29,485 bases of DNA from Octopus sinensis (GCF_006345805.1 NW_021833194.1:1-29485), one strand, 5' to 3'. Numbered from the stretch's first letter, positions 1 to 10,062 are shown. The notes: generated by a model not told the origin, from the letters alone. Made by a program: numbers and translations.

Positions 1-66
1 GTATGGATGTATGTATGTATGTATGTATGTATGCATGTATGTATGTATGTACGTACGTATGTATGT
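1..66. repeat. (GTAT)n microsatellite
   Basis: Direct reading of tetranucleotide array with a few variant units. Confidence 0.95.
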
Positions 67-355
67 AACATCTCTCTAGGAGACGGAAACTCTGAGAGAA
101 AACCTGCGACACTGATAATATTCGATGATGTAGACTTGTTCTTCTTTTCGAGTTTATGTTGTCCACGTTCCGCGAGTGGGGAAAGGATTTGTCCAAATGC
201 TTTCCCCACCATAAAAGAAAGAAATCATAAAGCACAAACATCGCTTAAGAAACATAAATAAGACCTATCACAAAAATGGCTGGTTGTAGCCTTCGCACAC
301 GTGGGATTTTCGATCAGGCGATGGAAATTGTCGGACACGAGTTTGCAGCCATCAT

Positions 356-494
356 GTCTGTCTGTCTGTCTGCCTGTCTGCCTGTCTGCCTGTCTGTCTG
401 TCTGTCTGTCTGTCTGCCTGTCTGCCTGCCTGTCTGCCTGCCTGTCTGCCTGCCTGTCTGCCTGCCTGTCTGTCTGTCTGCCTGCCTGCCTGCC

Positions 495-530
<36 letters not shown>
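356..530. repeat. (CTGT)n/(CTGC)n compound microsatellite
   Basis: Direct reading; source of the LSVC/TDRQ ORFs. Confidence 0.95.
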
Positions 531-531
<1 letters not shown>

Positions 532-680
532 ATTCATCATAACTGTCTGACGAACGGGGACGTGAAACTCTGAGTAACAATTTTGTCGTAATTTTGCAGC
601 TTCAATAAAAGCATATTACTCTACCTTTGGTATTCGAGTACTATATCTCTTCCGCCTTGTTTTGCATTTATATCATTTAT
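531..680 (+). mobile_element. Probable Penelope-like element terminal-repeat remnant carrying the hammerhead
   Basis: Hammerhead followed by AATAAA at 604-609. Minimal hammerheads of this type are a known hallmark of Penelope-like elements; no RT or GIY-YIG sequence seen, so the assignment is inferred. Confidence 0.4.
538..585 (+). ncRNA. Minimal type I hammerhead ribozyme
   Basis: CTGACGA core 547-553; stem II ACG-(GGGA)-CGT 554-563; GAAA 564-567; palindromic stem III ACTC-T-GAGT 567-575; GUA cleavage triplet ending at A576; stem I CATAACTGT 538-546 / ACAATTTTG 577-585 (7 of 9 pairs). Confidence 0.8.
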
Positions 681-689
681 GAGCTTACT

Positions 690-1103
690 TTGTGTGTGTG
701 TGTGTGTGGAGAAAGAGAGATAGAGAGAAAGAGATAGAAGGAAAGACAGACAAGGAAAGAGAGAAAGAGAACGAAGGAGATGGGCAACGAAGGTGTTGGG
801 TGAAGTATTTATATGTCTGTGTGTGTGTACTGTGTACTGTGTTATCTGTGAGAGTGCAGACGGTGAAGAACAAATGAAGAATAGCTCCATTAACGTGCGT
901 GTGCATGTGTGTGTGTGTGTTGTGTGTGTGTGTGTGTGCATGTGTGTGTGTGTATGTGTGTGTGTGGCGGGGTTTAGAAGTGATAGCGAAAGGCTCATTA
1001 ACGTACAGAAGAACGAGTACTGGTCTGTGTGACTGCATTTCTCTCGCTCCACCGAATGAATTAGAAAAATTAAATTAATGCCTGGTAAAGAAATACACAC
1101 ACA

Positions 1104-1135
<32 letters not shown>

Positions 1136-1260
1136 GACAGAAAGAGAGAAAGAGAGAATGAGGGAGGGAGGGAGAGAGAGACAGATAGATACGGAAAGAG
1201 AAAAGCTGGAGTGTAAATGAAGATGGTTGAAATGAGAATAAGGAATGGAAGTAAGAGAAG
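690..1260. repeat. Mixed (GT)n, (GA)n, (AC)n microsatellite block
   Basis: Direct reading. Confidence 0.9.
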
Positions 1261-1509
1261 CTAAGTAGAATTTTGCTGAAGAAGGAAGACGAAATGAAAA
1301 CAAAGCGTCTACAATGTTTCTTTAATTATGTCTTATAAATGTTTATTATTGTTTTAAATTTTTGTCCGCAAAAAAGAATTTAGTTTAATATAATCTATCT
1401 AATTTTGTATGATGTTATTTGCATATTACACATACACATCTGTACTCGTACATATGCACAGGAATATATTATTTTAAAAATATATATATTTTGTAATTTC
1501 AGACATTTA

Positions 1510-2081
1510 TAATAATAATAATAATCTTTTCTACTAAAGGTAAGAGGCTTGAAATTTGGCGGAAGGGGACTGGTCGATTACATCGACCCCAGTGTATAAC
1601 TGGTACTTATTTAATTGACCCCGAGAACATGAAAGGCAAAGTCGACCTCGGCGGAATTTGAACTCAGAACGTAACGGCAGACGAAATACCTATTTCTTTA
1701 CTACCCACAAGGACAGACAAACCGATTAAATCGATTACATCGACCCCCAGTGCGTAACTATTACATAATTTTTCGACCCCGAAAGGAAAAAAGGCAAAGT
1801 CGATCTCGGCGGAATTTGAACTCAGAACATAACGGCAGACGAAATACCTATTTCTTTACAACCCACAAGCGGCTAAACACAGACGGGACAAACAAGGACA
1901 GACAAACGGATTAAGTCGATTATATCGACTCCAGTGCGTAACTGGTACTTAATTGTTCGACCCCGAAAGGATGAAAGGCACAGTCGACCTCGGCGGAATT
2001 TGAACTCAGAACGTAACGGCAGACGAAATACCACTAAGCATTTCGCCCGGCTTGCTAATGATTCCGCTAGCTCGCCGCCTT
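1510..2081 (-). mobile_element. tRNA-derived SINE with Meta-like body, three internal modules, (ATT)n tail
   Basis: Minus strand: head GGCGGCGAGCTAGCGGAATC, B-box-like GAGTTCAAATTCC and GTCGACTTTGCCTTTCATCCTTTCGGGGTCGA body repeated three times (GAACTCAGAAC at 1660, 1818, 2002), then 3' end and ATT tail. Confidence 0.85.
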
Positions 2082-2095
2082 AATAATTCATAATA

Positions 2096-2307
2096 GCAGA
2101 ATCATTAGCACACCAGCAAAATGCTTAACGGCGTATCGTATGCCTTCGAATTTCACAGAGGTACGAATTCCATTTCCGCAGAAATCGACCTTGCTTTTCA
2201 TCCTTTCGGCATCGATGAAATACGTATCAGTTGAGCACTGGGGTCGATGTAATTGGCTGATCCTTGTCAGGGAAATTGCTGGCCTTGTGCCAAAATCTGA
2301 AACCATT
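2096..2307 (+). mobile_element. Older, diverged copy of the same Meta-like SINE family
   Basis: GCAGAATCATTAGCAC head remnant, CTTTTCATCCTTTCGG body, GGCCTTGTGCCAAAA 3' end; head-to-head with the 1510-2081 copy. Confidence 0.75.
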
Positions 2308-2739
2308 TTCAGCTGGGATGAGAGAAGCAACGTGATATTTGGACTTAAATATGGAGTTAACTCGGCCAAAAGACTGTTACGTTGTATGATTCTGTGCAGA
2401 ATCTTCTCTTTCTTAAATAATATTGCTGAGACGCGTCAACGGAAGTAGTTGCGGTTTATCTTCTGGGTGGTTATCTTTCTCTCAACATTTATCTCAGCTT
2501 TTACTTTTGCATCAAATTTTTCATTTATCATTCCTTATTTCGTATTTTCAATTTCATTTAATAATCGACAGTTTTCCTTGGATTGCTAACCTTGTTGAGT
2601 ATTTGTTGCTATTGCTTCTGGCTGTTGTAACAATCAGAATATGATCGGCAAATCTCAATGACTATGGTGTTCCTCGTCAGATTTGGATTCCACTTCATTC
2701 CTAAAGTAGTTCCAATTGTCTTGTCACATTAAAAAAAAA

Positions 2740-2773
2740 TTTATGATGAAGGACAAGCGCCCAAAACGTCAAG
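2740..2773 (+). ncRNA. Decayed hammerhead motif (probably inactive)
   Basis: ATGATGA-A-GGAC-AAGC-GCCC-AAAA-CGTC-AAG: fits CTGATGA..GAAACGTC with C3>A and G12>A and one stem II mismatch; palindromic ACGT stem III, GUC triplet. Confidence 0.45.
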
Positions 2774-2940
2774 ACTATTATTTTTCATTTTAAGCGTTAG
2801 ACTTATATAACTTTCGTTAAAACTTGCCCCACCCGTATTGTTTCCTTTTGTGTTCATTGCCTAGTTTGAATGAAACTGATTCTACGAGTAATGTAAAGAG
2901 TTTTGGTACGATGGAGTCTACTATGAAATATTGTTGTGTA

Positions 2941-3320
2941 ATCAAATCATATAAACAACCTGCAGAGAAACGATCTGGTGGAGGCTGTAACTGAGGAAGA
3001 GAATGTAACTATTCTTTGGGACTTCCCAGTGTCTACAGACTGGACCATCAAAGCAAATAAACAACCTGCAGAGAAACGATCTGGTGGAGGCTGTAACTGA
3101 GGAAGAGAATGTAACTATTCTTTGGGACTTCCCAGTGTCTACAGACTGGACCATCAAAGCAAATAAACAACCTGCAGAGAAACGATCTGGTGGAGGCTGT
3201 AACTGAGGAAGAGAATGTAACTATTCTTTGGGACTTCCCAGTGTGTACAGACTGGACCATCAAAGCAAATAAACCAGATATTGTTGTGAAAGACCAAAAC
3301 AATAAAGTCTGCTTACTTAA
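2941..3320 (+). mobile_element. Fragment of an RLE-class (R4/Dong-like) non-LTR retrotransposon endonuclease domain with internal 3 x 106-bp tandem repeat
   Basis: Third unit reads EEENVTILWDFPVCTDWTIKANKPDIVVKDQNNKVCLL, matching the ILWDF..TD..I.AN.PDIVV motif of PD-(D/E)xK restriction-like endonucleases; units start at 2951, 3057, 3163. Confidence 0.85.
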
Positions 3321-3842
3321 TTAGTTGATTAAATAGTTGCTTGCTTAATTAAATAATTAGTTAATTAATTAGTTGCTTGCTTTATCAATTAGTTAAAAAA
3401 ATCAGTTGCTTGCTTCCTTATTTAATTAGTTACTTAATTAGTTGCTTGCTTAATTAATTAGGTGCCTAAGTAGTTAACTAATTAATTAGTTGCTTCCTTA
3501 ATTAATTAGTCGCTTGCTTATTTAATTAATTAAATATTTGCTTGCTTGATTAATTAGCTAATTAATTAGTTGCTTACCTAATTAATTAGTTAAATAATTA
3601 GCTGCTTGCTTAATTAAATACTTAATGAATTAGTTTCTTGCTTGCTTTATTAATTAGTTAATTAATTAGTTATTAATTAGTTAATTAGTTATTAATTAGT
3701 TAATTAGTTGCTTGCTTATTTAATCTTTTTACATGCTTGCTTAATTAATTGTTTGTTTAATAAATTTCTGAATTAATTAGTTGCTTACTTGCTTAATTAA
3801 TTAGTTAATTAACTAGCTGCATGCTTGCTTAATAAATTAGTG
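3310..3842. repeat. Mosaic satellite of TTAA/TTAG/TTGC tetramers
   Basis: Direct reading; recurring higher-order unit TTAATTAGTTGCTTGC. Confidence 0.9.
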
Positions 3843-4502
3843 TTGCTCTACCTTGAACACCTTACATAATACGGTAAATGTTATCAGTCAAATGACACCT
3901 TTATAATGTCTTGGGCCCATAGTTTGGGCCTGTGGGGCTTTACAGTATAAAACAGGAAGTACAAAACAAAGAAAAACAACTATAATAACGACGATGAGGT
4001 CGATAATAATGAGGATGATAATTGATAATGATGACAGTGTAATGGGTTCTACTATTAGCAGCACAAGACCCGACATTTTACGGGATGGGGCTGTCGATTT
4101 ATTTACCCCAGTACCTGACCCCAGTACCTGACTACATATTACGCTGTAAACACCAGTTGCCGTCTAAGCATCCGACATAAACAATATCGAGCTAGATTAG
4201 TAACCGCTTGTAAAACCTACATTCTGTAAACACCTCACAGTCCACTATAAAGAGAAAGTCTCTATATGATCACATATAGGGACTTTCTAGAAATAGCAGC
4301 CAAAATGCATTCTCAAATCATACCATTCGCGATAAAAGTTGCAGAGGGAGAACATGTCCCTCTCCGTCCTCCATTCCTTTACCAAGTGAAATTTGAATAA
4401 ATCGATGAGAACAAATCGAAAAGGAAAACGTCTGTTTACAATTCTTCCAGTCACGACTACTAGCACACAACATCTTTCCTCATAGCCCCTACACAGAGGA
4501 AC

Positions 4503-4881
4503 TGTGGAAGCACTCCGTCGGTTACGACGATGAGGGTTCCGGTTGATCCGATCAACGGAACAGCCTGCTCGCGAAATTAACGTGCAAGTGGCTGAGCACT
4601 CCACAGACACGTCCCTTAACGTAGTTCTCGGGGATATTCAGCGTGACACAGAGAGGGACAAGGCCGGCCTTTGAAATACAGGTACAACAGAAACAGGAAG
4701 TAAGAGTGAGGAAAGTTGTGGTGAAAGAGTACAGCAGGGATCCCCACCACCCCTGCCGGAGCCTCGTGGAGCTTAGGTGTTTTCGCTCAATAAACACTCA
4801 CAACGCCCGGTCTGGGAATCGAAACCGCGATCCTACGACCGCGAGTCCGCTGCCCTAACCACTGGGCCATTGCGCCTCCAC
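4503..4881 (-). mobile_element. Full-length tRNA-derived SINE with 12-bp TSD
   Basis: Minus strand head GGAGGCGCAA-TGGCCCAGTGG (A box)...GGTTTCGATTCCC (B-box-like); ACACAGAGGAAC at 4491-4502 and 4882-4893; same family as 15414-15797. Confidence 0.9.
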
Positions 4882-5230
4882 ACACAGAGGAACACCACTT
4901 GCTTCACCTTGTTGAAAATTAGTGAGCAATCTTCAACGAAGAACTCGGGTGACAGTCGGAATTCGTCCCACGCGCGACAACAGCTGTTCAACACAATACT
5001 CGGACACAGTGCACGACTGCGAGCTGGATTTGTTTCGGCGTTCAGCCCGCATCTCGGATGTCAAACCTGCCGAAACCTCCATGCTCCCGAAGATTTTCTT
5101 GAACAAGTATGAAATTTGGGTAAAAAGTATCTCTCGAAAGCATTGCCAGTTTTGAAAATTATCCATTGTGATTCCTGACCCGAACGTCTGCGGAAACATC
5201 CCAGCCAGTTCGTCCACGTCGACGCTCCAG

Positions 5231-5858
5231 CAATGCTCCGCAATACTTTTTCACTTGCTCTTTTACTCTTTTACTTGTTTCAGTCATTTGACTGTGGCCA
5301 TGCTGGAGCACCGCCTTTAGTCGAGCAAATCGACCCCGGGACTTATTCTTTGTAAGCCTAGTATTATTCTATCGGTCTCTTTTGCGGAACCGCTAACTTA
5401 CGAGGACGCAAATACACCAGCATCGGTTGTCAAGCGATGTTGGGGGGACAAACAGACACACAAACATATACACACACATACATATATATAAATAAATAAA
5501 TAAATAAATAAATATATATATATACATATATACGACGGACTTCTTTCAGTTTCCGTCTACCAAATCCACTCACAAAGCTTTGGTCGGCCCGAGGCTACAG
5601 TAGAAGACACTTGCCCAAGGTGCCACCCAGTGGGAGTGAAACCGGAACCATGTGGTTCGTAAGCAAGCTACTTACCACACAACCACTCCTACGCTTATGG
5701 TACACTTATATTCATTTCGAAATTCGGCGGCACACCTGAACTAAGAAAATATAATAAAAAAAATATAGGGAAAAATTGTATTAACGTTACACTGCGGCAC
5801 GCCTAGCATTGTCACGTGACATATCAATGTGCCACGACATACCGGTTGCGGAGCACTG
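5231..5858. mobile_element. hAT (Charlie-like) MITE interrupted by a SINE
   Basis: TIRs CAATGCTCCGCAAT (5231-5244) and GTTGCGGAGCACTG (5845-5858), 12/14 complementary; 8-bp flanks CGCTCCAG (5223-5230) and CGCTAGAG (5859-5866), 6/8 identical and close to the NTCTAGAN Charlie target. Confidence 0.7.
5258..5696 (-). mobile_element. CORE-type tRNA SINE with internal (TA/TAAA/CA) microsatellite and (AAAGAGT)n-like tail
   Basis: Minus strand: head GGAGTGGTTGTGTGGTAAG, CORE-like CCTTGGGCAAGTGTCTTCTACT, microsatellite 5455-5532, second body and GAGTAAAAGAG tail; nested in the MITE. Confidence 0.8.
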
Positions 5859-6000
5859 CGCTAGAGTAACGGAATAACACTTATTTGAACCACAAACTCT
5901 ATCATATATTCCGTGAGTCAGGTAGAGTTATCTACCTTGTCTAAAGATCTACTATAATTATCTGCTTGAACTGTGAGAATTACAGGAATAATTCTTATAG

Positions 6001-6070
6001 AGATGGTCATTAAAACCTGTTTTACATGCATTACACCTCCGCCTCATATTTCCGAAGAAGAAACATTCAG
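6001..6070 (+). other. Candidate 70-nt exon
   Basis: TTCTTATAG acceptor ending at 6000 and consensus donor CAG|GTAAGT at 6068-6076; two frames open (one is MVIKTCFTCITPPPHISEEETF). No homology recognised. Confidence 0.25.
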
Positions 6071-6106
6071 GTAAGTCATACTGCAGTGGCATTTAACCCA
6101 GATCCG

Positions 6107-6145
<39 letters not shown>

Positions 6146-6186
6146 ACCACACACACAAATTTCTATATATACAAGAATGTATATGC

Positions 6187-6226
<40 letters not shown>

Positions 6227-6237
6227 ATATATATATA

Positions 6238-6351
6238 TCACCGTGACCGACCAGGCTATCAGATGTTGCTACACATCGCTGGTCCACAATGTGCTTCGCA
6301 TTTTTTTAGCCTTCAAATGACGCCACCCCGCTGGCTAAGCGAGCAGGCCAA
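6238..6351 (-). mobile_element. Repeat fragment, probably the 3' part of a SINE (copy 1 of tandem duplication)
   Basis: Near-identical to 6796-6906, embedded in (TA)n; SINE assignment is from recalled similarity to octopus repeats only. Confidence 0.4.
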
Positions 6352-6367
6352 TATATATATATATATA

Positions 6368-6752
6368 TCTTATATATAAAAGAGAAGTTGTGTGTCTGTC
6401 TCTACGATTTAGTTCCTAACTACTCCCACATTTGCGCGTGCAGTTTAACCAAAACCGGGTATCTTATAGTCGTGATTCATATCGAGCCCTTCTGTGTATT
6501 AGCGCGCGTCTACGATGAGTCTACGATTTTAAAAATAATTTACCATCATTTTTTCCATTTTAATGCATTTTTCGCTAAGGGAAGTAACTCTCTAAAAATG
6601 TCTACAATGAGTCGACGATTTTAAAAAAAATTACCATCATTTTTTTCCGTTTTTAATGCTTTTTTTTTTGCTATTTTTTGGCTATAACTCTCTAAAAATG
6701 CTTATATAGTTATTTCCCTTATAAACCGAGCAACGCCGGGCGATACTGCTAG
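6368..6752 (+). mobile_element. Non-autonomous Helitron, copy 1
   Basis: 5' TC start in (TA)n, two internal ~95-nt subrepeats, 3' GC-rich hairpin CCGAGCAACGCCGGG then CTAG at 6749-6752. Confidence 0.8.
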
Positions 6753-6784
<32 letters not shown>

Positions 6785-6795
6785 ATATATATATA

Positions 6796-6906
6796 TCACC
6801 GTGACCGACCAGGCTATCAGATGTTGCTACACATCGCTGGTCACAATGTGCTCGCATTTTTTAGCCTTCAAATGACGCCACCCCGCTGGCTAAGCGAGCA
6901 GGCCAA
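6796..6906 (-). mobile_element. Repeat fragment, probably the 3' part of a SINE (copy 2)
   Basis: Duplicate of 6238-6351. Confidence 0.4.
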
Positions 6907-6922
6907 TATATATATATATATA

Positions 6923-7315
6923 TCTTTATATATAAAAGAGAGTTGTGTGTCTGTCTCCTACGATTTAGATTCCTAACTACTCCCACATTTTGCGGTTGCA
7001 GTTTAACCAAAACCGGGTATCTTATAGTCGTGATTCATATCGAGCCCTTCTGTGTATTAGAGCGCGGTCTACGATGAGTCTACGATTTTAAAAATAAATT
7101 ACCATCATTTTTTCCATTTTAATGCATTTTTCGCTAAGGGAAGTAACTCTCTAAAAATGTCTACAATGAGTCGACGATTTTAAAAAAAAATTACCATCAT
7201 TTTTTTTTCCGTTTTTAATGCTTTTTTTTTTGGCTATTTTTTGGCTATAACTCTCTAAAAATGCTTATATAGTTATTTCCCTTATAAACCCGAGCAACGC
7301 CGGGCGATACTGCTA

Positions 7316-7316
<1 letters not shown>
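6923..7316 (+). mobile_element. Non-autonomous Helitron, copy 2
   Basis: A|TC start at 6923, hairpin CCCG-A-GC-AAC-GC-CGGG 7289-7304, CTAG|T end at 7313-7316; A/T insertion site as expected for Helitrons. Confidence 0.85.
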
Positions 7317-7349
<33 letters not shown>

Positions 7350-7675
7350 AACATCAAATGGCAACAGGAATCCACCAGAATAAAATAGTAATCAATGGGA
7401 TCCAGGGGAAAAAATGCTTTTCGATTTATAATTTTTTTTCGTAATGAGATAAAAAAAAAACCAAGGCTGTGTAGATTTTAGAACATTTACACAGCCATGG
7501 TTTTTTTTTATCTCATTACGAAAAAAAAATTTCATATACAGACGCTGACATATGACCAACGTTGAACCCCTTATTCGCGTAATCACCGAACCCGGAACTT
7601 AACTATGGTCTGTCTATAGCACTGTGTTCAGCATTACCTGACACCTTGGGTCCAATGACACCATTACCTCTCATA

Positions 7676-7773
7676 ACCTATATATCTATATATATATATA
7701 ATATATATATATTATATACACATATTTATATATATATCTATATATATATATAATTTTATATATATATCATACA

Positions 7774-7816
<43 letters not shown>

Positions 7817-7940
7817 ATTATATATATATATTATTATATATATATATATAATATATACATACATACTTGTGCGCGCACACACACGCCCGGCATTACACAT
7901 ATACACACATGCGTATAAACACGTGTACATTATATATATA

Positions 7941-7979
<39 letters not shown>

Positions 7980-8060
7980 TATATATATGTGTGTGTGTGG
8001 TGTGTGGTGTGTGCATCAGCATATATATAACTATAGAAAAAAAATATATATATACCACAC
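7676..8060. repeat. (TA)n-dominated microsatellite block
   Basis: Direct reading. Confidence 0.9.
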
Positions 8061-8315
8061 TGTAGTCATTGATATATACATACATACATAATACATACAT
8101 GCATACAAATAGACGTACAACTAGACATTTCTCCATGTGTGCATGTGACTGTATGAGTATTTATAAATGTTTTTGTTGTAAGTTTATATAGAAACAATTT
8201 AACTTTAAATTCAAGACTTATTTGTTATACTTTTATAAGAAGAGGGATGGCACTCACTTCGAAGTCCCGCTCAACAAACGTTAATCGAACAAACACGTAC
8301 ACAAAAACACAACAC

Positions 8316-8329
8316 ACTCACATACATAA

Positions 8330-8360
<31 letters not shown>

Positions 8361-8915
8361 GTACATACATACATACATCCATACATACATACATACATAC
8401 ATACATATGTACATACATACATACAGACTACATACATACATAAATGCATGCCTACAACCATACCTACATACAACATACGTACATACATTACATACATACA
8501 TGCATACATACATACATACGACATACATACATACATAATATGCATAACATACATACATACATACATACATCCATACATACATACATACATACATATGTAC
8601 ATACATACATACATACATACATACATACATGCATACATACATACATACATACATACATACATACATACATACACATATACACACATGCATACATACATAC
8701 ATACATATATACATACATACATGCATACATACATGCATACATACATACATACATACATATGTACATACATACATACATACATACATGCATACATACATAC
8801 ATACATACATATATACACACATGCATACATACATACATACACACATACATACATACATACACACACACATACACACATACATACATACGTACATACATAC
8901 ATACATACATACATG
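8316..8915. repeat. ~600-bp (TACA)n array
   Basis: Direct reading; source of the HTYI/MYVC ORFs. Confidence 0.95.
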
Positions 8916-9200
8916 TATCGTCATATATACATATATATATATATATCATCATCAACATATACAATGATGATGATGATGATGATGATAATGATGAAGAGGA
9001 ATCCGTAGCGTTTGAGGAGGCGGAAGCTTCAAGCACAATCACCAATTCTCGCCGCACACGCATGCACGAACACACACACACGAACTCACACCCACCCACA
9101 CACACACACACAACACACACACACCACACACAGGTACACCACACACACTTCTGTGACTGATATCAGACAACTGTTATGCCGTGTCTGTAAAAAATGCGTA

Positions 9201-9307
9201 ACGCTTGTCTGTGGATTGGCCAGCTATTTGCACTTTAATTTCACGCGCTGGCTGTCCCGTTGATCAGATCAACTGGTACCCGCATCGTCGTAACCGACGG
9301 AGTACCA
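9201..9307 (+). mobile_element. 3' fragment of the 4503/15414 SINE family
   Basis: Ends GTTGATCAGATCAACTGG..CATCGTCGTAACCGACGGAGT, matching the 3' end of 15414-15797. Confidence 0.75.
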
Positions 9308-9659
9308 GTTTAGTTTTAGGGAGGTGTATGTGATTATAGTAGGGTATATGATTGTTGTAGTGTAGTGTGATTGTGGGGAAATTTTGTAGTAGTTTGGTTG
9401 TAGTGTAGAGTGGTCCTACCGTGGTTGTATTGTGGTGGATCATGGTTGTGCTGTAGTTGTGGTGCAGTTGTGGCGGCGCAGAGTGGTGTCATTGTAATGT
9501 GATGGTATCGTACAAATCTAGAATGGTCGTGGTATAGTATGGTATATTTCTGTTTGTGATGTAGAGTGGTGTCGTTGTGATGGCGTCGAGTGTTCGTCGT
9601 GGCCAACTCTTCATGTTTTTAGAAGCTGCACTTCAGTCGCCTTAAATAGTTTTGATGGA

Positions 9660-10062
9660 GGCGCTAAGTCGGTTACATCGACCCCAGTGCGTAACTGGTA
9701 TTTATTTTATCGATTCCAAAAGGACGAAAGGGAAAGTTATCTTCAGCGGAATTTGAACTCAGACCGTAAAACCAGACAGAAATATTAGTTTCAAATTTTG
9801 GCACTAGGTCAGTAATGCCTAGGGATGGGGGTAAGTCTATGACATAATCCCCCAGTATTCAACTGGTACTTATTTCATCGACCCCCTCCCCCCGAAAGGA
9901 CGAAAGGCAAAGTAGATCTCAGCGGATTCTGTCATCTCGCCGCCTTGAAAGAATGAAAGGCAAAGTCATCTTCACAGAATTTGGACTCAGAACGTGCAGA
10001 CGGACGAAATGCCGCGAAACATTTTGTCCGAGGTGCTAACGATTCTGCCAGCTCGCTGCCTT
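9660..10062 (-). mobile_element. Cluster of truncated or internally deleted Meta-like SINE copies
   Basis: Repeated GAAAGGCAAAGT / GGAATTTGAACTCAG bodies and heads (CTCGCCGCCTT at ~9935, GCTCGCTGCCTT at ~10051). Confidence 0.8.

Noticed and set aside
7-261. LIIFDDVD Walker-B-like motif in a short ORF
   Set aside because: No Walker A, ORF starts in microsatellite, no supporting exon structure.
1276-1294. CTGAAGA..GAAA
   Set aside because: No stem II, I or III pairing.
2650-2685. Minus-strand CTGACGA with GG-AACA-CC stem
   Set aside because: No GAAA or NUH triplet in register.
2985-3038. Hammerhead-like fold in each 106-bp unit (CTGAGGA, 7-bp stem II, GUC, 5-bp stem I), superficially retrozyme-like
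   Set aside because: GGGA replaces the essential GAAA, and the sequence is explained as endonuclease coding sequence (TEEENVTILWDFPVST).
3888-4076. Hydrophobic minus-strand ORF and strong acceptor CCCCACAG
   Set aside because: Hydrophobicity comes from degenerate (ATT/CAT) repeats; all frames stop within about 50 nt of the acceptor.
8247-9160. Long HTYI/MYVC, poly-Val, poly-Ser and similar ORFs throughout
   Set aside because: Translations of stop-free simple repeats.
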